DNA of 20,000 nucleotides from Trichoplax sp. H2 (Eukaryota): NCBI GenBank assembly GCA_003344405.1, contig NOWV01000196.1, positions 118,225 to 138,224 of the forward strand, read 5' to 3'. Shown piece by piece: positions 1 to 11,282 of this stretch (position 1 is its first letter; each line of letters starts with the position of its first letter). The notes under the pieces were generated by a model. It saw only the letters and a program-made list of their open reading frames with translations, ran no database searches and was not told where the DNA came from. The position numbers and the translations under genes were made by a program.

Positions 1-88
1 TATGCGTATAACTGTCGTTCATGGTGTCATATTTCAAAGTCAAAGTAGGCTACAATGCAAGTAAAGAATCATTTTTATTACAATGCAG

Positions 89-195
89 GGAACAAAGGTC
101 AAGCGAAATCTAGAATTTTAGTTATAAAATGCACCCCTGACACATCGTTTCAATATTTACCTATCATGAACTGCATATTTACAGCTCAAAAATAC
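89..195 (+). CDS. GTF2H3: GTF2H3 (TFIIH p34/Tfb4) internal coding exon; gene 5' part lies upstream of the window
   Basis: Encodes NKGQAKSRILVIKCTPDTSFQYLPIMNCIFTAQKY, matching the TFIIH p34 motif KSRILVIK...QYMNFMNVIFAAQK. Acceptor tgcag ends at 88 and donor GTTAGT starts at 196. The 5' boundary is less certain than the 3'. Confidence 0.85.
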
Positions 196-325
196 GTTAG
201 TATGCGTTTGTTTATGAGTTATATTACGAGCAATGTTATTTCCAGCAGTCGTTATTAACTTTAACTTGTATTTCACGTACAACGAAAAAATGCTCTTCAA
301 ATTCTTACCATCACCGTTATTCTAG

Positions 326-379
326 AATGTTCCTATCGATGCATGTGTTATAGAGAAAGATTCAGGATTCCTGCAGCAG
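326..379 (+). CDS. GTF2H3: GTF2H3 coding exon (NVPIDACVIEKDSGFLQQ)
   Basis: tctAG acceptor at 324-325 and GT donor at 380. The peptide matches p34 NILIDACVLDSDSGLLQQ, phase 0 on both sides. Confidence 0.93.
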
Positions 380-471
380 GTTTTAAATTATTTCAATATC
401 ATGCTTCTTTGTAAAATCTGAACTGTATCTGAATATCTAATATCTTCCACTATCAAATACAAATATGATAG

Positions 472-540
472 GCATGCGATATAACTGGTGGAATTTACCT
501 GAAATTACAATCACCGTCTGGTTTACTTCAGTACCTTCTG
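472..540 (+). CDS. GTF2H3: GTF2H3 coding exon (ACDITGGIYLKLQSPSGLLQYLL)
   Basis: AG at 470-471 and GTATGT donor at 541. Matches p34 ACDITGGLYLK...SLLQYLL. Confidence 0.95.
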
Positions 541-648
541 GTATGTAGAATGAACGTGTTCTTCGCAGGATATCATAATGTATTGGTCTCGTGAGCTCTA
601 TGATCTGAAGAATGTACACTCCTTAATAAGCTTGATTCAATCTTTTAG

Positions 649-784
649 ACTGCATTCTTACCAAATCAATCGATGCGAGAAACCCTAATATTACCTCCAA
701 AGGCTAAAGTAGACTATCGTGCTGCGTGCTTTTGTCATAGAGAATTGATTGAAATTGGATATATTTGTTCAGTCTGTCTATCTA
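649..784 (+). CDS. GTF2H3: GTF2H3 coding exon ([45 protein letters not shown]), start of C-terminal zinc finger
   Basis: ttttAG acceptor at 647-648 and GTAAGA donor at 785. Contains the hallmark Tfb4/p34 [10 protein letters not shown]...IGYxCSVCLS. Confidence 0.96.
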
Positions 785-871
785 GTAAGAATTTAATATC
801 AGTAGAAAGATATTAATGCCTAGCAAGACTTGAATGTATAATATATTGTATATCCTTCTTTTCACCAACAG

Positions 872-908
872 TTTCTTGCAAGTTTGTACCTGTTTGCCCT
901 ACTTGCCA
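872..908 (+). CDS. GTF2H3: GTF2H3 coding exon (ISCKFVPVCPTC, second half of zinc finger)
   Basis: Pyrimidine tract + cAG ending at 871, GTAAGT donor at 909. Frame is continuous with the flanking exons and supplies CxxC. Confidence 0.92.
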
Positions 909-980
909 GTAAGTTCACAATAATAATATATACTACAAATTGAACTTGCTTTAAAAATAAACAAAAAATTATTTTTATAG

Positions 981-1026
981 GACACATTTTACCTTACGCA
1001 TAGCTAAGAAGAAAAAGAAAGCGTAA
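981..1026 (+). CDS. GTF2H3: GTF2H3 terminal coding exon (QTHFTLRIAKKKKKA*)
   Basis: tttttatAG acceptor ends at 980. Basic KKKKK tail as in metazoan p34, TAA stop at 1024-1026. Confidence 0.9.
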
Positions 1027-1224
1027 TAACGCGGTTACTGGACACCTTGTAAAGTAGCTTGTAAATAATCTAACGACAAGTAACGCTTATGATGTAACTA
1101 CAGAAAGAACCCTTATCATTTACCTAATTTATACATGTCGAACTTGAAATCTGTTATCTAGTAAAGAGTTTCTGATACTATTTGTTACATGAAGCCATGT
1201 TTTGTATGATACATTTACTATTGT

Positions 1225-1230
1225 AATAAA
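1225..1230 (+). terminator. Candidate polyadenylation signal of GTF2H3
   Basis: AATAAA about 200 nt downstream of the stop. AT-rich context makes a chance hit possible. Confidence 0.45.
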
Positions 1231-2432
1231 TAACATAATATCTACCTTACTCTAACGAGACAGTATCCGAATCTATAGCTATATTTCTGCTAAACAAACG
1301 TAAACAACTCTACCTTGAAACATCTTATCCGCACAGATTTTCTAGTAACATGGGTTACAAAACTATCATTTCTTTGACTTCCGAGAAATGATAGCGATAG
1401 TAAATCGAATAAAATTGTTCACGTTAATTTAAATTATCGAGTAAGGATCTCTGACTTCGATATTAAATCTATATATCGATACAGAATATACGCGCATATA
1501 CTGGTATATCATATTCGCACGTGCTTCTTAACAATTTCTTGCCAATAATGAGTGTCAAAGTTGGTATTATTCTACTTTCATGCACGTGAAGTATAAACAA
1601 ACATCTTTTTCACTACTACTTGACATTTATAAAACTATTAGTTATGAAGAACTGATAAATTTTTAATAAATTCAGATCTGAATTTAATCTCCTTACATTT
1701 GATTATTTCATATTAAGGATTTGTGTGTACAGTAAATACCGTTGCCGATCATTAAACACTACTAAAAGGCTAGGCATTATATGTAAGTATCATAACAATA
1801 GTCTCTCCCTCTTATAAGAATTATGGCAATCCAATAGGACATAGCATCTACGAACATAAAAATGAGCTAAAGCCGAAATTGTAGACTCTAAACGGTCTAG
1901 ATATTAAATTTTTCGGGATAGTATTAGTATCGCATGCGCTATGCATTTAAAAGAGAGTAGCGTCGAAAACGATGCCAGCCGAAAATGTTTATTGAAACTT
2001 GCTTATGAATTTAGAGAGTATGTTAAATTTTTTAAATGAAACTTCATCAAGTGAGTGCCTTTATATTAAACAAAACTGACCTGAGTCGCTATCGCAAGCT
2101 ATACAATCTAAAGATTAAGCTTCGTATGAAACTATTTCACATCACTCAGTTGAAAGATAGAAAGGTTTGAAATTGATGCCGGTACAGGATATGATTTATT
2201 GAAACTTGTTTATCAAATTCAAGACAATATTACGCATGGAATGACATTTCAATTACTAAGACACATTGGTTATTCATTTTTTAATCGATAGCTTAGAATC
2301 TAAACTATCAACTGATAAAGAACTTTATCATTCTTCTATTCTACTTTCTCTATTATTTTGTTTAGATTTGCTTTTCAACTAATCATAATTTCATATCATC
2401 ATATTGGAAAAGATAATTCAATAAACAATCTA

Positions 2433-2438
2433 TTTATT
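2433..2438 (-). terminator. Candidate polyadenylation signal of knottin-like gene A
   Basis: TTTATT on + (AATAAA on -) about 100 nt downstream of the stop at 2537. Confidence 0.45.
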
Positions 2439-2536
2439 AATGATGTTATAAATAAATTTGATCTAAATCGGAAAATGTTATTTTTTCTAGATAGATTGAT
2501 CAGCATATTAACATCAAATTACCATTAATAGACTGA

Positions 2537-2815
2537 CTAGCAATGGATTTGCTCATAAAAACAGACGCCAGAGTTATTTTCAGTTGGTAAGGCACAAATT
2601 GCAGGAACAGTATAGCATTCATAGCCCGTACAACAGTCCAAATGTGATTGACAAGATAATGGATTAATACAACGCTGTTCTTTATTTTCAATTAGGGATC
2701 GAAACCAATCATTTAGTAGTACTCTGTCGGTCCTCTTGCTGTTGCCAGGCATAGCCAAGACTGATGATGTCAGTGTAAGGATACAAATCATCAAAATTAG
2801 TGATTGGATTTTCAT
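2537..2815 (-). CDS. Secreted cysteine-rich knottin/ICK-like prepropeptide A (92 aa)
   Basis: Hydrophobic signal MKIQSLILMICILTLTSSVLA, propeptide ending KEQR, then 44-aa Cx5Cx5CCx4Cx6Cx10Cx6C. ATG has A at -3, a TATA box lies upstream, and there is a clear paralog at 12143-12406. Confidence 0.88.
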   Translation of the reverse strand: MKIQSLILMICILTLTSSVLAMPGNSKRTDRVLLNDWFRSLIENKEQRCINPLSCQSHLDCCTGYECYTVPAICALPTENNSGVCFYEQIHC

Positions 2816-2906
2816 CTTGCAGTTATAGGCACCAAGGTAATAGTAGATTGAGAGTTTCCAAAAGATTAAGATTCCCTAATATCAACAGTCCAACCAGATC
2901 TGATGA

Positions 2907-2914
2907 TATTTATA
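2907..2914 (-). promoter_or_regulatory. TATA box of knottin-like gene A
   Basis: TATAAATA on the minus strand about 92 nt upstream of the ATG at 2815. Confidence 0.55.
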
Positions 2915-5900
2915 CCTTCTTCGTACATGCTTTGTTGATACAGCAATGCCACAAGGCGTTGCAGCAGTTCGCATGTTGACAATTGGAATGCATTATTTTC
3001 AGAATCAAGGAATCAATTCTTTTTATGGAATTGCCATTGTACAGTAAATACCTATAAAATTGCGTTGAATCATTTCTATTTTCAATCTGTTATAAAATAA
3101 TAGCAATATTATATAACCAAGACAAAAAATTAGCCATGCTATTAATAAGTGCTTTAGTGGCTGGATCATCAATAATGAATATCTATCATATGTTTAATTT
3201 TAATTATTGCCTCATTTTAGTTCATCAAACGTGTTTTAGATCATCGTTGAGAGCGATTGTATGATCAGCAGATTAAAGCGAATCATAATGCTTGAAATGA
3301 ATCGATCTCAGCTATAAAATAAATGGTGTAAAATAAATTTTTGGTTTACTACGCAGTAAACTAGCTACACCAATAATTGCTATATCTCCACAGCTTTGGT
3401 GTACATTTGAATAATTGATTGACACAGATATATGCACGCACACGAATTAAAATAGTTTATGCCCAAATAAGTTCGACATAATAATGTTATAATTTATTGC
3501 ACTTTAGAATGAATTATTGTAATGTGTAACAATATAAACAAGTTGCCTTTGCTACATTACAGTATTCTTAGCAACCGCATTATCTTCCATTATAATATTC
3601 GATATCCATAGGTATGTGTTATGTAAGACTGCATGTATTTGTAGATTTATTGATTTAACGATAACAATATCTCTGTCCATCTAGCTACCTAATAAATTTA
3701 CTGACGTCAATAGCACAAAGGTAGATAAAGGTGAAGAGATTAAATAAAAGCGATCGTGCATAATTAATTAATGATATTTCTTCAGAATGATGTCAAATTA
3801 CTAGCGTTAATCTCTACCCGAATGATAGACGAACTAGGCTGCAATCGATAAGGTCGATCACTTTATAGACTTAAGGCTCGATAAATTGTCTCACCCACGC
3901 CTTTCAATTCTAATCTCATTTTAAATTTATAGACATTATTAAGACAAAACAAGTAAAATTTCATTTCGTCAATGAAATGATAACCATGTTTTGTACAAGA
4001 GAATTGTTTGCCTGCTAGAAGATAGGATGAATAATCCATCTTCTATAACGAGAAAGTAGGAAATATAAAGTAATTTTCGCAACTATCACCCTTTACTATG
4101 ATCTATCTATCTAGAAGAATTTAAATTAGTATAAATAAAGAAGCAAATTATTTGATACATTAATTATCCATAATCCAATTGTACATTAGTGCGGTCACTG
4201 ATACAATATCGTTAATGATTAGATAGATAGACAACTTTACCGAAAGTAAAACCTATACTGTTACAATCTGCTCGCATGATTAGGTATTGAAATAATTATG
4301 TATAATCCAATATAGAGGGTTGTCAAGGAAAAATATTCGCGTATAATATCTAGCAATGATATTCTATTTCGAGAAAAATGAGAAGGAGAATTAGAAAATA
4401 GGTAAAAATTGTTAGTCTCTATAAAAAATTGTTCTTTCGTAACTGCACAGCCTCTACGACAAATGCTTATACGTAGAACGGAGAGTATGTTTCTATATAT
4501 AAATTCCTAGACTGACGTCCAGGAAGCAATTTAATTTTCTGGTAAACAATACAATATCTCATTCTTGCTTTTAGATTTAATAAAACACACTGCAAATCTA
4601 AGGTCATCAAGTCTATATCGCGACAAACTCACCAAAATATTCACAATAACAAACTTAAAACTATAAATTGACAATTCAGACATATCTTGAAGATGGATAG
4701 GATTGTCAATAATCATTTTGGCTTTAATATAGAAAATGAAATCGAAGTCTATAACCCGAATTCGGTATAAAAGCGTATAGAAGTTTCAATAAATTAATTG
4801 AATCATCCTCTGCCAATACTTTCATTATTCTATGCTTCTATAAACAATAAATCTTTCATGAAATTATACCAGCGCAGCATGCATTATAATCATTAAAAGT
4901 AACATTTCCCCAGGTAGTCTTTCCTATGATATCACAGTCTAGTCATTTCGAGCTGTCATAGCTGATTTTAAAAGTCTAATACATTCTAGCGGATTGCATA
5001 ATATTTCTAATGGCCGTCTATTTACTTCAAACCGATAAATTGGTGCTAACAGATCGTGCTTTTTAATTAAGGCTGTGACATCATAAACAGCTTGACATAA
5101 AATCTGTTGCCGATAGTTCTAATTTACTAACTTTTGCTTATGATTACCAGCCTTTATTTCATGCTGTTACGTCATAGCAGCTTAATAGTTTTGTCTGAGT
5201 AATTATTTTAGCTTGCCTAAATAATCATGCTTATGATATAACCATTATTCTACATTATCATTCATCTTACATCTTTGATTAGATGTTCATATAAGGTATT
5301 CTTGATATTAAAAATTCAATACCAAAATGAAAAAACAATGGAATCATCAACGAATACATAATAAGCTGATGTATTCGACAAAGTAATAGTTAATAGAATT
5401 ATCAGTATACCGTATGTTGGATATAATCATCGAAGTCTAATGCATTCCTTTTGATACATCTTTACCTACTCATTGATACACTTAAATTAATTCTATGGTT
5501 AACCATTATTTATAACGCCATACTGAAGATTATTACCTATGCTGATAAAAGACTTTTTTAATATACTATTGTTGTATGCAACTGCACTTAATTAAATTCT
5601 AAGATTATCGATAATCCAAGAAACCAGTGCTAAAGAGAATTATTACCTATCTTGATTGAAGTACATTCCCGAAAAAATAATTTTTATAATACCCATTCTC
5701 GAATAGAAAGCCTCCTACATCCATTTTTACATTCTTGTAATTGTTCTATCTTAATTGTGGGATTAATCTTAATCTATCAATGCTAGAGAAACCGTTTATT
5801 ACTCAAGAAAAGAGTGCTGAAACACGGAATATTAAAATGGCTGACGATAATTTTAAGTACCCATATAGACTAAATCACTTCCCTGATATACCTTTCGTAA

Positions 5901-7453
5901 TACCGATATCGATTGGAGAGCCTTCACCACCCATTCTCATATTCGAATTGTTAATACAGTAATTTAACTGTATGATCAATCTTAATGAAATGTAATACCC
6001 GTGGTGATTAGAAAATCATCATCATTCACATTCGAGTAAATATTAAGTTAATTGTATGATCAATCTTAGTATAAAGTAAGAGTACCGGAGATAATTATTT
6101 TAATAGCCAGATGCCTATGTTTATAAGCACATCGCTTGATACGCTTTTCACCTTTATATACGTACGCTTACTATTATTATATGATCTGTCATGATCTAAA
6201 AATTGAGTGTTGGAGATAGTTGTTACCTGTATTGATTAAAGTTCTTTCCTAATTCATTTTTATAATGCTCATATTGATTGAAAAACCTTCTTCACACACA
6301 TTTTATATTTCTAGGAGTGTTTTAAGTTAACTATTTGAGCAGTTGCAATAACAATACGAGTACTAAATATAATTATTACTCTCGCAAACTGAAAAAACAC
6401 ATAAAATTAATTCGTCCAATCTAGGACTGGCTAATATTTCGATTGCAAGACTTAATCTCGATGCGCTCAATACGGTAATATATAACACGTAAGATCGATG
6501 TAAGATCTCAAGAAAATGTATATGAGTATATCATAGATTATAAGTTATCAAAATATCAGTAAATCGTAATCTCTGCCCTTAATAACAAATATCACAATTG
6601 CAATCTATATTAATATTAACGAATATTCTTTTATCATAAGTTTGGACTTTATACTCCAGCTTGACGTTAACATGGGTTATATAAACTGTATTAAAATCAA
6701 CAATTAAAAAACTAACAAAAGTATACAGTAATGACACCATATTCTAGCATCCTAATACATAGAATAAGATTAATAAAAACTAGTATCTAATTCGAACATG
6801 GATTATCAGCAATGGTATTTATTTTCATAGCAATATTGATATTTCAAGCGCTATTTGTTAATAATATTAAATATATTGTTAAAATGGTGTAACAGGCTAG
6901 TCATAGTCGATTTTCGTTTTATCGAATAATCTTGTCGATCAATATCTACATTCTACCAGAACAAGAGTCAAAAATAAGAATATAATGTCATTAATTCAGC
7001 TAGTACGGTTCGTAATATTAATTACAATGTCATTCATGTACGGCACTGAATTCTTTCTAATAAAATTTGAAAGATATTGTACCTTATATCAATTATTAAT
7101 ATGGACTAGAAAGAAGCGCAATAGGGGCTATGTAAGCAAGTACTAGGAAATAACTAACATAATAATACTTATTTTAAATTCTAACATTAAGAAATACTAA
7201 TTCCAGCTGTAATATTATCTAAAGTGTCAATAGAGATTAGAACAAGAATAATATGAGCTTTAAAAGCGAGCACGAGAAACAGCTGATATACCAATATTTA
7301 TTTTAACTTTTACCCTTAAAAGAATTCCAATTCCAGCTATAATGTGATCTGATGCACGTTTTAAATATATCCGTAATATGCTAATGAGAAATAGAGCGAT
7401 TATGCACAGTTATGTAATATTCTATTTTACAAAAAAATTAAGTCTCATATTTA

Positions 7454-7630
7454 CCATTTCACTTCAACACTTCTTTGCAATTATATAATGATGTAATTCC
7501 ATTCTTGAATTATTACAGTACTTATAAAACTAAGATCCACATCAACCGTTTCATTTTTAGATTCCTTTGCAATTCTATGATGATGTAATACCATCTATGA
7601 ATCACTACAATACATTACATAAGCTAGATA
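7454..7630. repeat. Two-copy diverged tandem repeat, about 92-bp period
   Basis: ctttgcaattatataatgatgtaattccat...(7473) vs ctttgcaattctatgatgatgtaataccat...(7565). Confidence 0.7.
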
Positions 7631-8866
7631 TAAAATTAAATAGTAGATCTTAATCCGGAAATGTCAATATTTAGTACAGTATTTGTCTTCATTACAATCG
7701 TAAACGAAAATTAAGCGATAGTAACTGCGTATTTTTTCTTATAATGATTATAGTTAGTGTTTGCCATATTCATTTAAATATGATAGACATTATCCTGCCT
7801 GGATAATTAATCTAGCGAGCACATATATTACGTACTATTTGCATATGCTCGTAACACCATCAATTTTCGAACTCTTTCCAATCATTTCAATTATTACAAT
7901 CAAAATAAGTTAAAAATCTTGTCCGTGAGAGAGAATTTCAATAGTTTTAAATCTATTGAGCCTCAAATCTCATCAACAAGTAATAATCTGAATTGAATGA
8001 TCATAGAGGTAGATTTTTAGACAGAAAATGATAAAAGTAAATGAAAGTTCGCATTGTAAAACAGCAAGTTTGCTCAAAATCAGTCATCGATAAGTTATAG
8101 AAAAAAATAAAATAAATGATTAATTGTAAACCTAGTTATAATTCAAGCTAAAATAAGCAACAGGGATTAATTCAATAACGCAGAAATAAGTTTGCTGGGC
8201 GTAAACGAAGAGTATTTCAAATTAACGAAAAAATTTTTCGAAAACACACCTGGCCGAATCGGATCTAATTAATTAGTGAGAGTAATCAGCTTCTAGCGAT
8301 CCTTGCTGTGTCTTACTGAGTTAATGAAGTTGTACTATTTGGGAAGTTGTCCAGTGTTATAATTGAGGCATTCTACAAATCTTCTTCACATCATACAACG
8401 AGTAAATTTGACATTACTGTTGATAGAAGTTAGGTAAATCAGGATGCATCCTATGCTACACTTAATCATAGATTATTTTTTGTACAGGTATTTATTCAAA
8501 GCTTCTTTCAGGTTTAACTATTACTCGACTAACTAGCTAACTTTCAAATATCCTTTTCCGTCCTCGACATGTAAAATGTTGCAAATTTAAACAGAGATTG
8601 TAAAAAAATCAAAATCAAGACCTCCCTGAGGATAAAAATGTTTAAGCCAGTTTTTCATCACGCTAAACAATATGTCGAAATATAGGACAATGTAACATCT
8701 AAAATGAAATTTACCAAGGGTGCGTAGTTACAGAAAGCAAAAAAGTATAATTTGAAGTACAAAACTAAGTACATAGACGTACAGTATTAAAATTTATTAA
8801 CATGCTGTTATTTAGATTTAATTGAACAAAACAAGTTTAGTAAAATTCAGTTTCGCTTAGCATACC

Positions 8867-9350
8867 GGATATGATATGATGTTAAAGTAGCCCTTTAATC
8901 CTAATATGTCGGTAACTATTTTTGTGAAACCGTCCGATCTCTACAGCTGCAGCCCAAATACAGAATGATCCAAGTCTACTTAGACTTTGACTTTGAAATG
9001 CTATTAGAAATGCGCCATCAAGTCCAGTAGATGAATGAAATCTTCAAATATTGTATCCATTTGATCATTGAAGACAGATTTTTAAGCTAGAATAAACCTA
9101 TTTCTCAGAAGCAGCCGCAGTTTAATGACTGAATGTAGGGATTACTGAAGACATCAGGGTATGTAACAGTATCAAAATTAATTAAAGGTCTGCTCTAATA
9201 CCCTTTTAAATCAGATATTATTAGAATTAAAGACCCGTTTTAGATATCATATCAAATCCTGATATTATTAGAATTAAAGGCCCATTTTAATGTCATATCA
9301 AATCCGATAGTATTAGAATTAAAGGCCCATTTTAATACCATATCCTATCC
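8867..9350. mobile_element. Possible MITE/foldback-like element: 40-bp inverted arms with the right arm tandemly triplicated
   Basis: The reverse complement of 8867-8906 matches 9311-9350 at 33/40 positions. The right arm is the last of three about 45-bp tandem units (9208-9350). No target-site duplication (TSD) is evident. Confidence 0.5.
9208..9350. repeat. Tandem repeat, about 45-46 bp x3
   Basis: Unit aaatcc(t)gatattattagaattaaaggcccattttaatrtcatatc starting near 9208, 9254 and 9300. Confidence 0.9.
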
Positions 9351-10676
9351 ATGTCTTTAATAGGTGCCGTATTAATCTACCATCAGATTACAGATAGTGT
9401 GAAAAGATTCTCTCAAACATGAGCGAGAAAATCACCTAAGCCAAATAAAAGCTGTTGTTAAATTACAATCAAATCAAATGTTATTAAAATAAAGTTAAAG
9501 TTGATTTGAAACAGTGTTACGGTAATTTTAGGTCACAATAATATCTTACTGTATACATAAATACCGCATTAATTAAAAGCGGCAGAACCTTTTATAGTCC
9601 AACAGATTAGGGAAGAGATTTATTTTGTATGTGCGAAGGGTTTACTAGCCTTTATAATTGTCTAGTATTAAACAGGGTATGCATGCAAGCAGAATAGCAT
9701 TATTATGATATCCAAAAGAGATCAAGACTGAAGGTAGCAATAAGTTATGGGTGTGAAAGAGTTCTGTTGATTCCTTGGAATAGTATCAAGAAATTTATAA
9801 ATAAAGGCAGGATACAGTATCCGATACTCACAGATATGAGTCTTATATGACCGTCAAATTGATGAAAGTAACCACATCTTATCCTTCAAAGTTTAAAAAA
9901 TTGTCAGAATCATTTGATATAAAATTTTATGATATATGTAACAAGATTAAATAATGCAGCAATAACGAGTAAATAAGATAGGCAATTAGGTCAAGAGAAT
10001 GTAGCTTTACGTAGAGGAATATCAACAGCATGAATAACATGACGATTTGAGGCTGTAGCTATTGCAGATGCATAACATACGTTAAAGTATATTAAATAAT
10101 AAATTTACAATGTGTGGATGTTTATATCGTTACAATAATAAATTAATTATTGCTACTAAATGTTATTTGCAGGCATTTTCATTTTATTTATGATTACGAA
10201 CTGCTTTCTCAATATTAAGACTTGTATAAGCTTATTGTGATTAATTATCGTTCTATCGAGGTGTAGCATTAATTATCAGAACACTGCAGTAACATAAACT
10301 TATCAGAAGGGTCCTAATATTATTTAATCTAACTTGGAATGGTGTTTTTTAGCTTCATCACGACGGCATAAAAGAAACATGTAGCCAGTTCTTCACGCGT
10401 GCGGCTAATATTAGGATATTGCTAATTCTTTACATAAAGGAATTAATAGAATAGCAGCACAACGGTAGCGGTTTCGAGTGCAATATGATTGTTTGAATAA
10501 CTTTCCTGTTTAAGTGTAGCAAGATTTATGTCTTGGACTTGGCAGCATATTGTCATTAGTTTATAACATGTCAATACTGATACTCTTTACTATAAAATTA
10601 CCATAATGAGCGCCACTGCGATCAGATTATTTAATCAGGATGTTTTCAATTACTATATTAAAGTTGGAGTATTGTT

Positions 10677-11282
10677 AACTATTTTCGCACTTACATACAT
10701 GGTATTGCAATGAAGGCAAATGCTTATTTGGATATTCCATTGGCGATTGATACTAATGCATTAAGCCCTAAGTGAATCTTAAATATAGCCACAGATAAAG
10801 TCTAAATATCTTCAACTATTTCCCATTAATATACATAGCATTGCAATGAAGATAACTACTTATTTGAAGATTCTATTCAGAGATCGATATAAATTTATAA
10901 GTCCTAAATAAATATTAAATATAGCTATCACGGCTAAAGCCCAAATTAAGAGTGAAATCTTTTGAATTTCGAGCTTTAGATCGCTACGCAATTGCCTTTA
11001 AGTGCAATGTTGATCATATTCAACCATTTTATTGCGCTACGGAAAAGTTTAATTACATTGCATATCTGAAAAGAACTAATCAAGTATTTTAAGGAAGATA
11101 ACTACTTATTAGGATGTTCTATTTATAGATTGATATTCGTAAGCAAAGCCCTAAATGAATCTTAAATATAAGTATATATACAGCGCAAGTATCTTTAACT
11201 GCTTTTTAGTTTACAATTCGTTATTATTGCTATGAAGAGGACTACTTTTCTTATTTGGATGTTCTATTTAGAGATTGGGATT
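10677..11282. repeat. Diverged repeat, about 137-bp unit, two full and two partial copies
   Basis: Core ttgcaatgaag...acttatttggatrttctatt...gattgata...aagccctaaatgaatcttaaatata, with copies beginning near 10677, 10814, 11094 and 11228. Confidence 0.8.

Noticed and set aside
55..258. 67-aa ORF as a standalone gene
   Set aside because: Only 89-195 is a GTF2H3 exon; the rest is intron read-through.
437..619. 60-aa minus-strand ORF
   Set aside because: Antisense shadow of a GTF2H3 exon and its introns.
1971..2335. Weak direct repeat (gatgcc...tttattgaaacttg at about 1971 and 2176)
   Set aside because: Only a short core aligns convincingly; too diverged to define a unit or function.
2500..2691. 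63-aa ORF overlapping gene A
   Set aside because: Alternative frame of the real peptide gene; no independent features.
4017..4044. Hairpin agaagat(a)ggat-gaata-atccatcttct
   Set aside because: Isolated short stem, expected by chance in AT-rich DNA; no ncRNA hallmarks.
4531..4716. 61-aa minus-strand ORF
   Set aside because: No recognisable motif, signal peptide or splice context; composition typical of AT-rich non-coding DNA.
5741..5962. 73-aa ORF
   Set aside because: Starts at TTG, which is not a normal eukaryotic start, and has no recognisable domain.
9208..9350. CRISPR-like appearance of the 45-bp repeats
   Set aside because: Units are contiguous without unique spacers, there are no cas genes, and the DNA is eukaryotic (spliceosomal introns).
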